The notes beneath the pieces are model-generated. The model made no database searches. It was not told where the DNA came from and saw only the letters and a list, made by a program, of their open reading frames with translations. This document shows, in pieces, positions 29,047-37,926 of a DNA stretch of 64,000 bases; position 1 is the stretch's first letter, and the number at the start of each line of letters is the position of its first letter. The stretch is from assembly GCA_963719515.1 (NCBI GenBank), contig CAVRCJ010000003.1:65705-129704 (forward strand), written 5' to 3'. Source of the stretch: an uncultured cyanobacterium. GTDB taxonomy: Bacteria > Cyanobacteriota > Cyanobacteriia > CAKZMO01. Both the position numbers and the translations under genes were made by a program.

Positions 29047-31605
29047 ATGACATTATCTGCAGACCAGACGTCTCAATTTCAGGTTGAGGACGACCGCACT
29101 GGATTGACCGTCGAAACGATTCGCCGCGCCATGGCCGACCACCTGCGCTTTACTCAAGGCAGACGCGTCGCTATGGCAACGCTAAACGACTTTTATATTG
29201 CCCTGGCTCAAACCGTCCGCGATCGCCTCATGCCGCAGTGGTTGGGAACATTCGAGCTTTACCTGAAGCCAGAAACCCGCGTTGTGAGCTACCTGTCAGC
29301 CGAATTCCTGGTCGGGACTCACCTGGCGAACAACTTAATCAACCTTGGGCTACAGGACTGCGTCAAGCAGGCGGTGGAAGAGTCGGGCCTCAACCTCGCA
29401 GATCTGATTGCTCAAGAAGAAGAGCCGGGTCTGGGAAATGGGGGCTTAGGCCGTCTGGCCGCCTGCTACATGGATTCGCTGTCCACCCTAGAGATTCCCG
29501 CTATCGGCTACGGCATTCGCTACGAGTTTGGCATCTTTGACCAGGCGATTCAAAACGGCTGGCAGGTAGAGCTCACCGATAAGTGGCTGCAAAACGGCAA
29601 CCCTTGGGAGATCGCCCGCCCTGAGTCTTCCGTGACCGTTGGCTTGGGAGGCCACACCGAGACCTACACCAACAGCAAGGGGGATTTTCGGGTACGGTGG
29701 GTACCCAACCGGATTGTCAAAGGCATTCCCTACGACACCCCTATCTTGGGCTACAAGGTTAATACCGCCAATACCCTACGCCTGTGGAAGGCTGAAGCCC
29801 CGGAGTCCTTCGATTTCTACGCCTTTAACACCGGCGACTACTATGGCGCGGTGAACGCCAAAGTCACCTCGGAGAACATTACCAAGGTGCTCTACCCCAA
29901 CGACGAGCTGGTGCAGGGTAAGCAGCTGCGCCTAGAGCAACAGTACTTCTTTGTCTCCTGTGCCCTTCAAGACATGCTGCGCATTCACATTGCCTCAGGG
30001 CGACCGATCACCGAATTCCACGAGAAATTCGCGGTGCAGCTCAACGACACCCACCCGGCCATCGGCGTGGCAGAGCTGATGCGCCTGCTGTTGGACCGTC
30101 AGCATCTGGACTGGGATACCGCCTGGTATATCACCCAGCGCACCTTTGCCTTCACCAACCACACCCTGCTGCCCGAGGCTCTAGAAACTTGGTCGGTGGA
30201 CCTGTTCGGCGAGATGCTGCCCCGCCATTTAGAAATCATCTACGAAATCAACCAGCGGTTCCTCGATGAGATCCGCATCCAGGACCTGGGCGAGGCCCGC
30301 ATGTCTCACTTCTCGCTGATTGCCGAAGACGGAGAAAAGTCGGTGCGCATGGCGCATCTGGCCTGCGTGGGCAGCCACCACATCAACGGCGTGGCGGAGC
30401 TGCACAGCAAGCTGATGAAGCAGGACGTCTTTAAAGACTTCTACGGCCTCTGGCCCCATAAGTTCACCAGCGTCACCAACGGGGTGACGCCTCGCCGCTG
30501 GATGGTGCTCAGCAACCCACAGCTCACCAGTCTCATCAGCGATAAGATTGGCCGCGACTGGGTTCATGACCTAGAGCAGCTGCGGCAGCTAGAGCCCTAC
30601 GCCGACGACCCCGAATTTCGTCAGCAGTGGCGTCAGGTGAAGCAGGACGTCAAGCGCGAGCTGGCGACCCATATCTACACCACCACCAAGCAGAGCGTCA
30701 ATCCCGAATCCATGTTTGACGTGCACATGAAGCGGATTCACCAGTACAAGCGGCAGCACCTCAAGGTCTTGCACGTAATCTGGCTGTACAACCGCATCAA
30801 GCAAGATCCCACCTTCGAGGTGCTACCGCGCACCTTCCTGTTTGCGGGTAAGGCGGCGCCGGGCTACCGCGAAGCGAAGCTGATAATCAAGCTGATTACC
30901 TCAGTGGCTGAGGTGGTCAACCGCGACCCGGCGGTGGGCGATCGCCTCAAGGTGGTATTCATTCCCAACTACAACGTCTCCAACGGCCAGCGACTCTACC
31001 CCGCTGCCGACCTGTCGGAGCAGATTTCCACGGCGGGCAAGGAGGCGTCGGGCACCGGCAACATGAAGTTTGCCCTTAACGGCGCTTTGACGGTGGGCAC
31101 TCTAGACGGCGCTAACGTCGAGATCCGCAGCGCCGTTGGCGAGGAGAATTTCTTCTTGTTTGGTCTCAGCGCCGACGAGGTCTATCGTGCCAAGGCCGAG
31201 GGCTACAGCCCTCGTAGCTACTACGACACCAACACCGAGCTGCGGCAGGTGATGACCCTGATCCAACAGGGTGTGTTTAGCCACGGCGATCGCGACTTGT
31301 TCAAGCCGCTGGTTGACCGGCTGCTCAACCACGACCCCTATCTGCTGATGGCCGACTTCCAGTCCTACATTGACTGTCAGCACCGGGTCGACGAGGCCTA
31401 CCGCGACCCCGAGCAATGGACCCGCATGTCCATCCTCAACTCGGCGCGCATGGGCTACTTCTCGAGCGATCGCTCCATCCAGGACTATTGCGACAAGATC
31501 TGGAAGGTTGAGCCTGTTTCTGTAGAGCCGAGGCCCTACGACCAAGAGCGGGCCGCCCTCAAGGTTGACGACTACTTCCGCGCGCACCCGGAAAACGCGG
31601 TGTAG
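29047..31605 (+). CDS. glgP: Glycogen/alpha-glucan phosphorylase
   Basis: 852-aa ORF with EEPGLGNGGLGRLAAC, TNHTLLPEALE and EASGTGNMKFALNGALT (the PLP lysine region). Confidence 0.95.
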   Translation: MTLSADQTSQFQVEDDRTGLTVETIRRAMADHLRFTQGRRVAMATLNDFYIALAQTVRDRLMPQWLGTFELYLKPETRVVSYLSAEFLVGTHLANNLINLGLQDCVKQAVEESGLNLADLIAQEEEPGLGNGGLGRLAACYMDSLSTLEIPAIGYGIRYEFGIFDQAIQNGWQVELTDKWLQNGNPWEIARPESSVTVGLGGHTETYTNSKGDFRVRWVPNRIVKGIPYDTPILGYKVNTANTLRLWKAEAPESFDFYAFNTGDYYGAVNAKVTSENITKVLYPNDELVQGKQLRLEQQYFFVSCALQDMLRIHIASGRPITEFHEKFAVQLNDTHPAIGVAELMRLLLDRQHLDWDTAWYITQRTFAFTNHTLLPEALETWSVDLFGEMLPRHLEIIYEINQRFLDEIRIQDLGEARMSHFSLIAEDGEKSVRMAHLACVGSHHINGVAELHSKLMKQDVFKDFYGLWPHKFTSVTNGVTPRRWMVLSNPQLTSLISDKIGRDWVHDLEQLRQLEPYADDPEFRQQWRQVKQDVKRELATHIYTTTKQSVNPESMFDVHMKRIHQYKRQHLKVLHVIWLYNRIKQDPTFEVLPRTFLFAGKAAPGYREAKLIIKLITSVAEVVNRDPAVGDRLKVVFIPNYNVSNGQRLYPAADLSEQISTAGKEASGTGNMKFALNGALTVGTLDGANVEIRSAVGEENFFLFGLSADEVYRAKAEGYSPRSYYDTNTELRQVMTLIQQGVFSHGDRDLFKPLVDRLLNHDPYLLMADFQSYIDCQHRVDEAYRDPEQWTRMSILNSARMGYFSSDRSIQDYCDKIWKVEPVSVEPRPYDQERAALKVDDYFRAHPENAV

Positions 31606-31630
31606 TGGGCCGACTGATTGACTGAAAGAA

Positions 31631-31663
31631 AGGCCCCAGAGATTTCTGAAATCTCTGGGGCCT
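31631..31663. terminator. Bidirectional terminator between the convergent glgP and gpx genes
   Basis: A perfect 16-bp stem aggccccagagatttc/gaaatctctggggcct. A T-rich run (TTCTTTC) follows on the minus strand. Confidence 0.7.
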
Positions 31664-31696
31664 TCAAGTGGTATAAGGAAACGCTAGGGAGCTGTA

Positions 31697-32161
31697 CTAG
31701 CTCAGCTCCTTTTCGATTGCGGTAGTAACCTCAGAGGCATCGGGGGCCGTTTTGGGTTCAAAGCGGGAGACCACTTCGCCCTTGCGGTTGACCAAAAACT
31801 TGCCAAAGTTCCAGCCGATGTCGGGGCCGTCGCCCACCAGCTCTTGATAGAGTGGGCTGCGGTTAGGACCATTGACGTCTTGCTTTTCAAGCAAAGTGAA
31901 ATCGACGTCGTACTTGGTTTTGGCGAAGGTCTTGATTTCCTCCGGGCTGCCGGGCTCCTGCTCACCAAACTGGTTACAGGGAACGCCAACAATCATGAAG
32001 CCGCGATCGCTGTACTGCTTATCTAGCGCGACAAGCTCCTTGTACTGCGGCGTAAGGCCGCACTTGCTGGCGACGTTAACAAATAGAACAACTTTGTCCT
32101 TGAGAGCGTCAGCGGGAAGGGCGTTTCCGTCTAGCGTGGTTAGGTTATTGGGTATTGCCAT
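31697..32161 (-). CDS. gpx: Glutathione peroxidase
   Basis: Contains VLFVNVASKCGLTPQY, VPCNQFGEQEPG and WNFGKFLV. The start is placed at the ATG at 32161 (MAIPNN). The ORF track extends to 32227. Confidence 0.9.
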   Translation of the reverse strand: MAIPNNLTTLDGNALPADALKDKVVLFVNVASKCGLTPQYKELVALDKQYSDRGFMIVGVPCNQFGEQEPGSPEEIKTFAKTKYDVDFTLLEKQDVNGPNRSPLYQELVGDGPDIGWNFGKFLVNRKGEVVSRFEPKTAPDASEVTTAIEKELS

Positions 32162-32257
32162 AGTTAAATCCGAGCGCGTACGGCACTGCTTGCAGTTGAC
32201 GCCTTCATTATCGGCTATTTGAGGCACGACCGAGACATCAACTTCTGCGCTCAGCCT

Positions 32258-33187
32258 TTAGTTCAGTCGCCCGAACTCGTCCATAGTAATCTGCTGAAAG
32301 CGTCCTACCATCGGGATTTCGTCTTGCTCGCTTTGAGCGATGTTGCTGTAAAGACGATTTATAGTCCGCTGTCCGTCTAGGGTTACCTTGAGATAGCGCA
32401 GGCCCTGTTGAATATAGGGCTCGACGCTATAGCGATAAAATTCCGGGTAGCTATTTAGCATGTCTTGAGGGCAACGGTATCCCAGCGCTTGAGCCGTCCC
32501 GGTTTCTCGCATCTCTGCAAGCAGAAGAGGAAGCTTGGCGAGGTAAGCCGGATCTGCAAGCTGACCAATTAGATCGGCGGCGCGGACCAGACCGGGGTAG
32601 TTTTGGGTGTTCTGATAGGGCTGCTCAGCGGGAACCGGAAAGCGAGTAAATTCGATGGCGGTTTTAACCCTGTCGGCGTCAATGCTGACGGATGCGAGCC
32701 GCTCTTCGACCACCATCTGCCCGCGCTTCACGTGATAGGGCGTTAAGCTCGCATCCGTAGCGTTGGGGTTGAGCTGCACCGCGGCGTCTCCGGTCACGTA
32801 GCAATTTTTACGAACCTGATCGCCCTGGCAGGCTCCTTTGATGTAGCCCACATCGTGGCACATTAAGGCCGTAGTCACCTCAAGCCAGTCTTGACGGCTA
32901 ACATTGCTCTCTAGTTGGTGCTTGCCTTCTAAAATTTGATGGCCAACGAGAATCACGGCGATCGTGTGTTCTAGGTTGTGGTAAGGTGCATCAGTCCATG
33001 CAATAATAGGCAAGATTTCATCAGTAATGTTGTCAATCAACGTTACATCAGAGGTCAGGGTAGGGCCGTACATACGCTGATAGTTTTTCTTGATGGCGTA
33101 GCGGCATTGGCTAATGCTTACACGAGCGTAAGCGGATTGCGAGCATTGAGCTGCATCTAATTGAGCTGCATCTAAAACGAATTGCAT
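32258..33187 (-). CDS. HD-domain metalloprotein with class-I-PDE-like motif pattern
   Basis: Motifs are APYHNLEHTIAV, ALMCHDVGYIKG and LVRAADLIGQLADP. The start is at the ATG at 33187, preceded by GGAGG. The ORF track extends to 33277. Confidence 0.65.
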   Translation of the reverse strand: MQFVLDAAQLDAAQCSQSAYARVSISQCRYAIKKNYQRMYGPTLTSDVTLIDNITDEILPIIAWTDAPYHNLEHTIAVILVGHQILEGKHQLESNVSRQDWLEVTTALMCHDVGYIKGACQGDQVRKNCYVTGDAAVQLNPNATDASLTPYHVKRGQMVVEERLASVSIDADRVKTAIEFTRFPVPAEQPYQNTQNYPGLVRAADLIGQLADPAYLAKLPLLLAEMRETGTAQALGYRCPQDMLNSYPEFYRYSVEPYIQQGLRYLKVTLDGQRTINRLYSNIAQSEQDEIPMVGRFQQITMDEFGRLN

Positions 33188-33633
33188 TGTCTGCCTCCTG
33201 CATATCAGGGTTTTCGGGTTGTGAGGTAAAGGTGCGACGCACTTGGCATAGTGGCTTAGCTGCCATCGGTTTGGCACAGTAATTCACTAACGCAAGGTGC
33301 GATCGCCGATGGCGGCAGCTTGGAACTGTAACCCCTGGTTGCGGGCTGAGCTGCACCCTTGGTTTAAAAAGAAACGCTCTGGGAGTCGGGATGACTTACC
33401 ACAGCGTGACGATCCGCTAATGCGCTAGCTGGGACTTATCTCAGCTGGCGATATCAGCTCATGTCGGTATTAAAGCGCATCGATACCTGCGTTCCGGACG
33501 AAGGCATCCAAACTTACTTCAAACTCGTTGATAACTTATAGCCGTTCTACTACGCGACCGACTTGTGTAGGCCTTATCGAGATACGCTGTTGCTTCTTAT
33601 ACAATCAAAAGTCGTTGCAGGCAGGTTGAACCC

Positions 33634-34950
33634 ATGACTCGAGCACCTCGATCACGTAGGATTCGTAGCGAATGTATCGAGCAGGTTAAGCGAGCGTTGC
33701 TCATGCAGGGCTATGCCCGGCAGGTCGATTTGGCAAGCGACGTGAAGCTTTCGTTGACAACCGTCAACAAATTCTTGACCGGTAAACGAGTGGACCAGTG
33801 GAATTTTCTTGAGCTTTGCCGGTATCTCAACGTTGATACAGCGACAATCGCGGCCCTAGAAAACGAAGACGTTGGAACTGACGGAGATGTTCCCACAGAA
33901 GAGCCCCTCGCGGGTGATTTAGACCTAGCCATCGATGAAGAGGCCTTGAACGACTATGTTGAACGACCGCCTTTAGAGAAAGCTTGCTGCAATACACTTC
34001 TACAGCCTGGCGCTCTAGTACGAATCAAAGCGCCGAGCCACATGGGTAAGACATCGCTTTTGCGGTACGCTCTGTTTCAGCTTCAAGAGCAAAAGCAGGA
34101 ATTTCAGACAGCCCTCGTCAATTTTCATATGGTCGGGGCCGCAGACTTTGAGAGCCTAGATTCGTTCCTACGGTGGTTCTGCATTAGCGTTGGGCAGCGG
34201 CTCCAGCGTCGCAACCGACTAGAAGAATTGTGGAATAGTCAGCTTTTAGCGCCCAAAGAAAACTGTACGCAGTATTTTGAGCAATATTTGCTTGCTGAGC
34301 AAACCAGACCGCTAATTTTGTGTCTAGACCAAGTGGATCGTATCTTGAAAGATCCTCAATCGGAGATTGTTCACGAATTCTTGAGTCTTTTGCGCGCTTG
34401 GCATGAGCGCGCCAAGATTGAGAAGCGCTGGGCAGTTATGCGTCTAGTTCTTCTGTATTCGACGGAGGTTTACCTTCCTATGCGGGTAAATCAATCCCCC
34501 TTTAATGTGGGTGAACCTATTGAACTGATGGAGTTTACCCCAAAGCAGGTCGAAGCGCTGGCCGAGAATCATGACGTCATCCTCGATCAAGCGCGGCTCC
34601 GACGGCTGTTCGATATGGTAGGCGGTCATCCTTATATGTTAGAAAAAGCCTTCGCCTACCTCAAAAGCCACGATCAAGACGTTTTCGAAACGCTTTTGGA
34701 GCTAGCGCCGACGCAGGCGGGAATTTATAACAATCATCTGCGCGATCACTGGACAGCGCTCCAAAGCAGTTCTGAGTTGAGCGGTACGTTAAAGCGCATT
34801 ATCGACGTTGATGGCCCTCTACTCATCGACCCTAGTCAAGCCTATCAGCTGTACAGTCGAGGTTTGATCAAGTTCCAGGGAAACGAAGTTGTCGTACGCT
34901 GCCGTCTCTATCAGCAGTACTTTGCTAGCCAGCTCAAGCTTAATTTTTAG
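33634..34950 (+). CDS. HTH domain + AAA-like (AAA_35-type) NTPase protein
   Basis: 438 aa. The N-terminal HTH is QVDLASDVKLSLTTVNKFLTGKRV. It is followed by YVERPPLE, GALVRIKAPSHMGKTSLL (P-loop), ILCLDQVDRI (Walker B-like), LLRAWHE, SPFNVGEPIEL and GGHPYML, which are typical of the cyanobacterial AAA-like domain family. Confidence 0.7.
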   Translation: MTRAPRSRRIRSECIEQVKRALLMQGYARQVDLASDVKLSLTTVNKFLTGKRVDQWNFLELCRYLNVDTATIAALENEDVGTDGDVPTEEPLAGDLDLAIDEEALNDYVERPPLEKACCNTLLQPGALVRIKAPSHMGKTSLLRYALFQLQEQKQEFQTALVNFHMVGAADFESLDSFLRWFCISVGQRLQRRNRLEELWNSQLLAPKENCTQYFEQYLLAEQTRPLILCLDQVDRILKDPQSEIVHEFLSLLRAWHERAKIEKRWAVMRLVLLYSTEVYLPMRVNQSPFNVGEPIELMEFTPKQVEALAENHDVILDQARLRRLFDMVGGHPYMLEKAFAYLKSHDQDVFETLLELAPTQAGIYNNHLRDHWTALQSSSELSGTLKRIIDVDGPLLIDPSQAYQLYSRGLIKFQGNEVVVRCRLYQQYFASQLKLNF

Positions 34951-35006
34951 AGGGCTCTCAAGGTTTTACATTTATTCTTTTCTTCAATTTTTCGGGTTGA
35001 TTCATC

Positions 35007-36421
35007 ATGGTTTCAGCATCCCTCTACCAATATCAAGTGGGAGGATCTCTTCCCGCCGACGCCCCAAGCTATGTCGAGCGTCAAGCTGACCACGAGCTAT
35101 ATCAGGCGCTGAAGGCAGGCGAGTTTTGCTATGTCTTGAACTCTCGCCAAATGGGCAAGTCGAGCCTTCGCGTTCGAACCATACAGAAGCTCAAGGCAGA
35201 TGGCCTTGTCTGTGCTGATATCGACGTCACGGCGATTGGAACGCGAGACGTCACACCCTTGCAGTGGTACGGTAGCCTGATTCAGTCCCTAATCCGGAGC
35301 TTCTGTCTACCGCTGAGCCTAACGGACTGGTGGCGCGATCACCAACAAATGACGCCACAGATGTGCTTCTGGGAATTTGTAGAGCACATTCTCTGGAACA
35401 CATTCCTCAGCGCGTTGTTATCTGCATTGATGAGATCGATAGCGTTTCCGATCTGGCCTTCAAAGATGATTTCCTAGCCTTGATTCGTGCTTGTTACAAC
35501 CAGCGTGCTGCCAACCACAACTTCGAGCGTCTCACCTTTGGTCTAATTGGATCAGCTGCACCGTCAGACCTAATCCAAAAGAAAACTCGCACACCGTTCA
35601 ACATTGGGCGGGCGATAGACCTCAGCGGTTTTACGTCTCAAGAGGCCGCTAAGCTAGCCCAGGGACTTGTAGGCAGCGCGGATAACCCGCCTATCGTTCT
35701 TCAAGAGGTCTTGAACTGGACTAAGGGACAACCCTTCCTTACTCAAAAGCTTTGCAAGATCGTCAAGACGCGATCGCCTCGAATAGCCATAGGTCAAGAG
35801 GCAGTGCAGGTCGGTCGCTTAGTAGAACGCTACATTATTCAGAACTGGGAATCTCAAGACGAGCCTGAGCACCTGAGAACCATTAAAGATCGGGCCTTGA
35901 GCGATAAACGACATACGAGTCAGCTGCTAGGGCTTTACGAAAACATTCTGCGTGACGGCAGTATTGCGGCTACTCAAAATCCTGAACAGATGGCACTCCA
36001 GCTGTCAGGACTAATTGTTAAGAGACAAGATCGGCTCAGCATTTATAACCGAATTTACCAGGCTGTGTTTGACCAAGGCTGGATCGATCAGGAGTTTCAA
36101 AATCTGAGACCCTATAGTGATGCTATTTGCGCATGGCAAAACTCGAATTATGACGATCGCGACTTACTAACTGGAGAAGCTCTTGATTATGCACTCGGCT
36201 GGGCAATCGACAAAAGTCTGAGTACTTTAGATTACAAGTTCTTGACTACTAGTCAAGAGCGTCGCGGCAGAGAATTTCAGAAAGATATCGAAGAGCTAAA
36301 TCAGCTGTTAGCCGAAACAGGATATTGGACTATGGAGCTGCAGGAAATTAAAGAGAGAAGTCTAGACCAGGCCAGTTCAGTGAGCACCATAAGACAGCCT
36401 TTCAAAGGCTACAACGCCTAG
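35007..36421 (+). pseudogene. Second AAA-like NTPase, frame-disrupted as assembled
   Basis: The N-terminus ([40 protein letters not shown]-loop) is in ORF 35007-35477. The continuation ([11 protein letters not shown] Walker B, RACYNQRA, RTPFNIGRAIDL, GQPFLTQKLC, LSGLIVK, RPYSDAICAWQ) is in ORF 35330-36421. The join needs one extra nucleotide near 35393. Confidence 0.7.
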
Positions 36422-37632
36422 TGTCTCACATGACTCCAGCCAGCTTTCGCGGAGTTGTTCCCACTCTGGAAAAAAACTTTAGCCTAATTAGTCAAACGCT
36501 GTCTATGGTAGATCAGATGATGGACAGTGGAGAGCTGGGCTCTGAATTTTATCGAGTCATAGAGCTAATTGCAATGAAAATTAGCGAATTTCTAAATGCC
36601 GATCGCACTAGTATATTTCTACTCAATGCAGACGCCAATGAACTGTGGTCTATAGCTGCTGAAGGAGAAAACGGTTCTTGGGAGAAGATTTGCGTTCTCC
36701 TGGGTGAGGGTATTGCTGGTCAAGTTGCTAAAACAAAGAAGTTCGACAATATTCCATTTGACTTTTATGATGATCCTCGCTCTAAAACAGCGAAGATATT
36801 CGATCAAAAAATGGACTACCGAACCTACACAATGGTTGCTATTCCTTTGCTGGATGAGCGGAAAAATTTAATTGCCGTAGCTCAGATTCTCAATAAGCAG
36901 AGACCTAATATAGACCCCTCAGCACCTTTACGGGAAAGAATCGACGAGAAAGGATTTAGCGAAAATGACGTCACAAAATTCCTGGGATTTGCACCTTCAA
37001 TCCAATCCGCTCTTAAATCTTTTCAGCTTCTTTACAAAACTGCTCAAAAGCAGCAAGCTGCTAAGGGATTGATGCGATCTATTCAGTCTTTGAGTCGAAG
37101 TAATTTTGACCTTGATAAGACATTGGCTTGCGTTATTGACGAAGCTGAAAAACTCATGAATGCCGATCGCAGCACGCTGTGGCTAATTGATAGAGCCCGT
37201 CAAGAGTTGTGGACAAAAATATCTGACGTAGACGGAATTATGCAAGAGCACCGTATTCCAATAAACGCTGGTTTTGTCGGCCAGGTCGCAACCACAGCCC
37301 AACCGCTCAATGTCCCATTTGACTTGTACGATGACCCCAATTCTGATACGGCTAAACAGACAGACCGTGCTACCGGATATCGGACCTGTAGTCTGCTCTG
37401 CATGCCGGTATTCAGCCCCAGCGGCGAACTGTTAGCCGTAACCCAGCTCGTTAACAAGAAGCGGTACGGTCATCCTTCAAACTACGATTCAGCGCAGTGG
37501 CCCCAGGTCCCAGACTGCTGGAAGGCTAGCTTCAACCCCACCGACCTCGAATTCATGGTGGCTTTCAATATTCAGGTCGGCATTGCGCTGCAAAATGCCT
37601 GGATCTTCAACAAAACCAACTATCAGCAGTAG
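36421..37632 (+). CDS. Tandem GAF-domain protein with no recognisable output domain
   Basis: 403 aa with two GAF-like halves (ADRTSIFLL..GIAG..AVAQILNKQ and ADRSTLWLI..GFVG..AVTQLVNKK). Each has an NK...F...D signature. The GTG start overlaps the upstream stop (TAGTG). Confidence 0.8.
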   Translation: MSHMTPASFRGVVPTLEKNFSLISQTLSMVDQMMDSGELGSEFYRVIELIAMKISEFLNADRTSIFLLNADANELWSIAAEGENGSWEKICVLLGEGIAGQVAKTKKFDNIPFDFYDDPRSKTAKIFDQKMDYRTYTMVAIPLLDERKNLIAVAQILNKQRPNIDPSAPLRERIDEKGFSENDVTKFLGFAPSIQSALKSFQLLYKTAQKQQAAKGLMRSIQSLSRSNFDLDKTLACVIDEAEKLMNADRSTLWLIDRARQELWTKISDVDGIMQEHRIPINAGFVGQVATTAQPLNVPFDLYDDPNSDTAKQTDRATGYRTCSLLCMPVFSPSGELLAVTQLVNKKRYGHPSNYDSAQWPQVPDCWKASFNPTDLEFMVAFNIQVGIALQNAWIFNKTNYQQ

Positions 37633-37696
37633 AAAGGCGAGGAGTTTTGCATCCATCAGCCTCCCATCGCATTGCGCTCATCTACAGAGAGCTCAT

Positions 37697-37894
37697 CTAC
37701 AGGGATAGGGCTAGCAGCCAAACCACTATCCGCACAGTAATCAGCCCCAGCAATATCGCCACTAGCCACCACCGCTGTCGCCTGGTTTTAGGTAGCGTAA
37801 GCTTGGGCCGCTTGGGCAACGGGACCTCCGAAGTTGCCTTTCGTTCCTCTTCCGAGGGGCGGACAGCGCAGGGGTCTTGACGGCGATCAGACAT
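37697..37894 (-). CDS. Small hypothetical protein with a C-terminal TM segment
   Basis: 65-aa ORF with a basic N-terminus followed by WWLVAILLGLITVRIVVWLLAL. There is no other support. Confidence 0.25.
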   Translation of the reverse strand: MSDRRQDPCAVRPSEEERKATSEVPLPKRPKLTLPKTRRQRWWLVAILLGLITVRIVVWLLALSL

Positions 37895-37926
37895 GGGAAC
37901 TCCTCAAATTCTTAGCGGCTCAGCGC

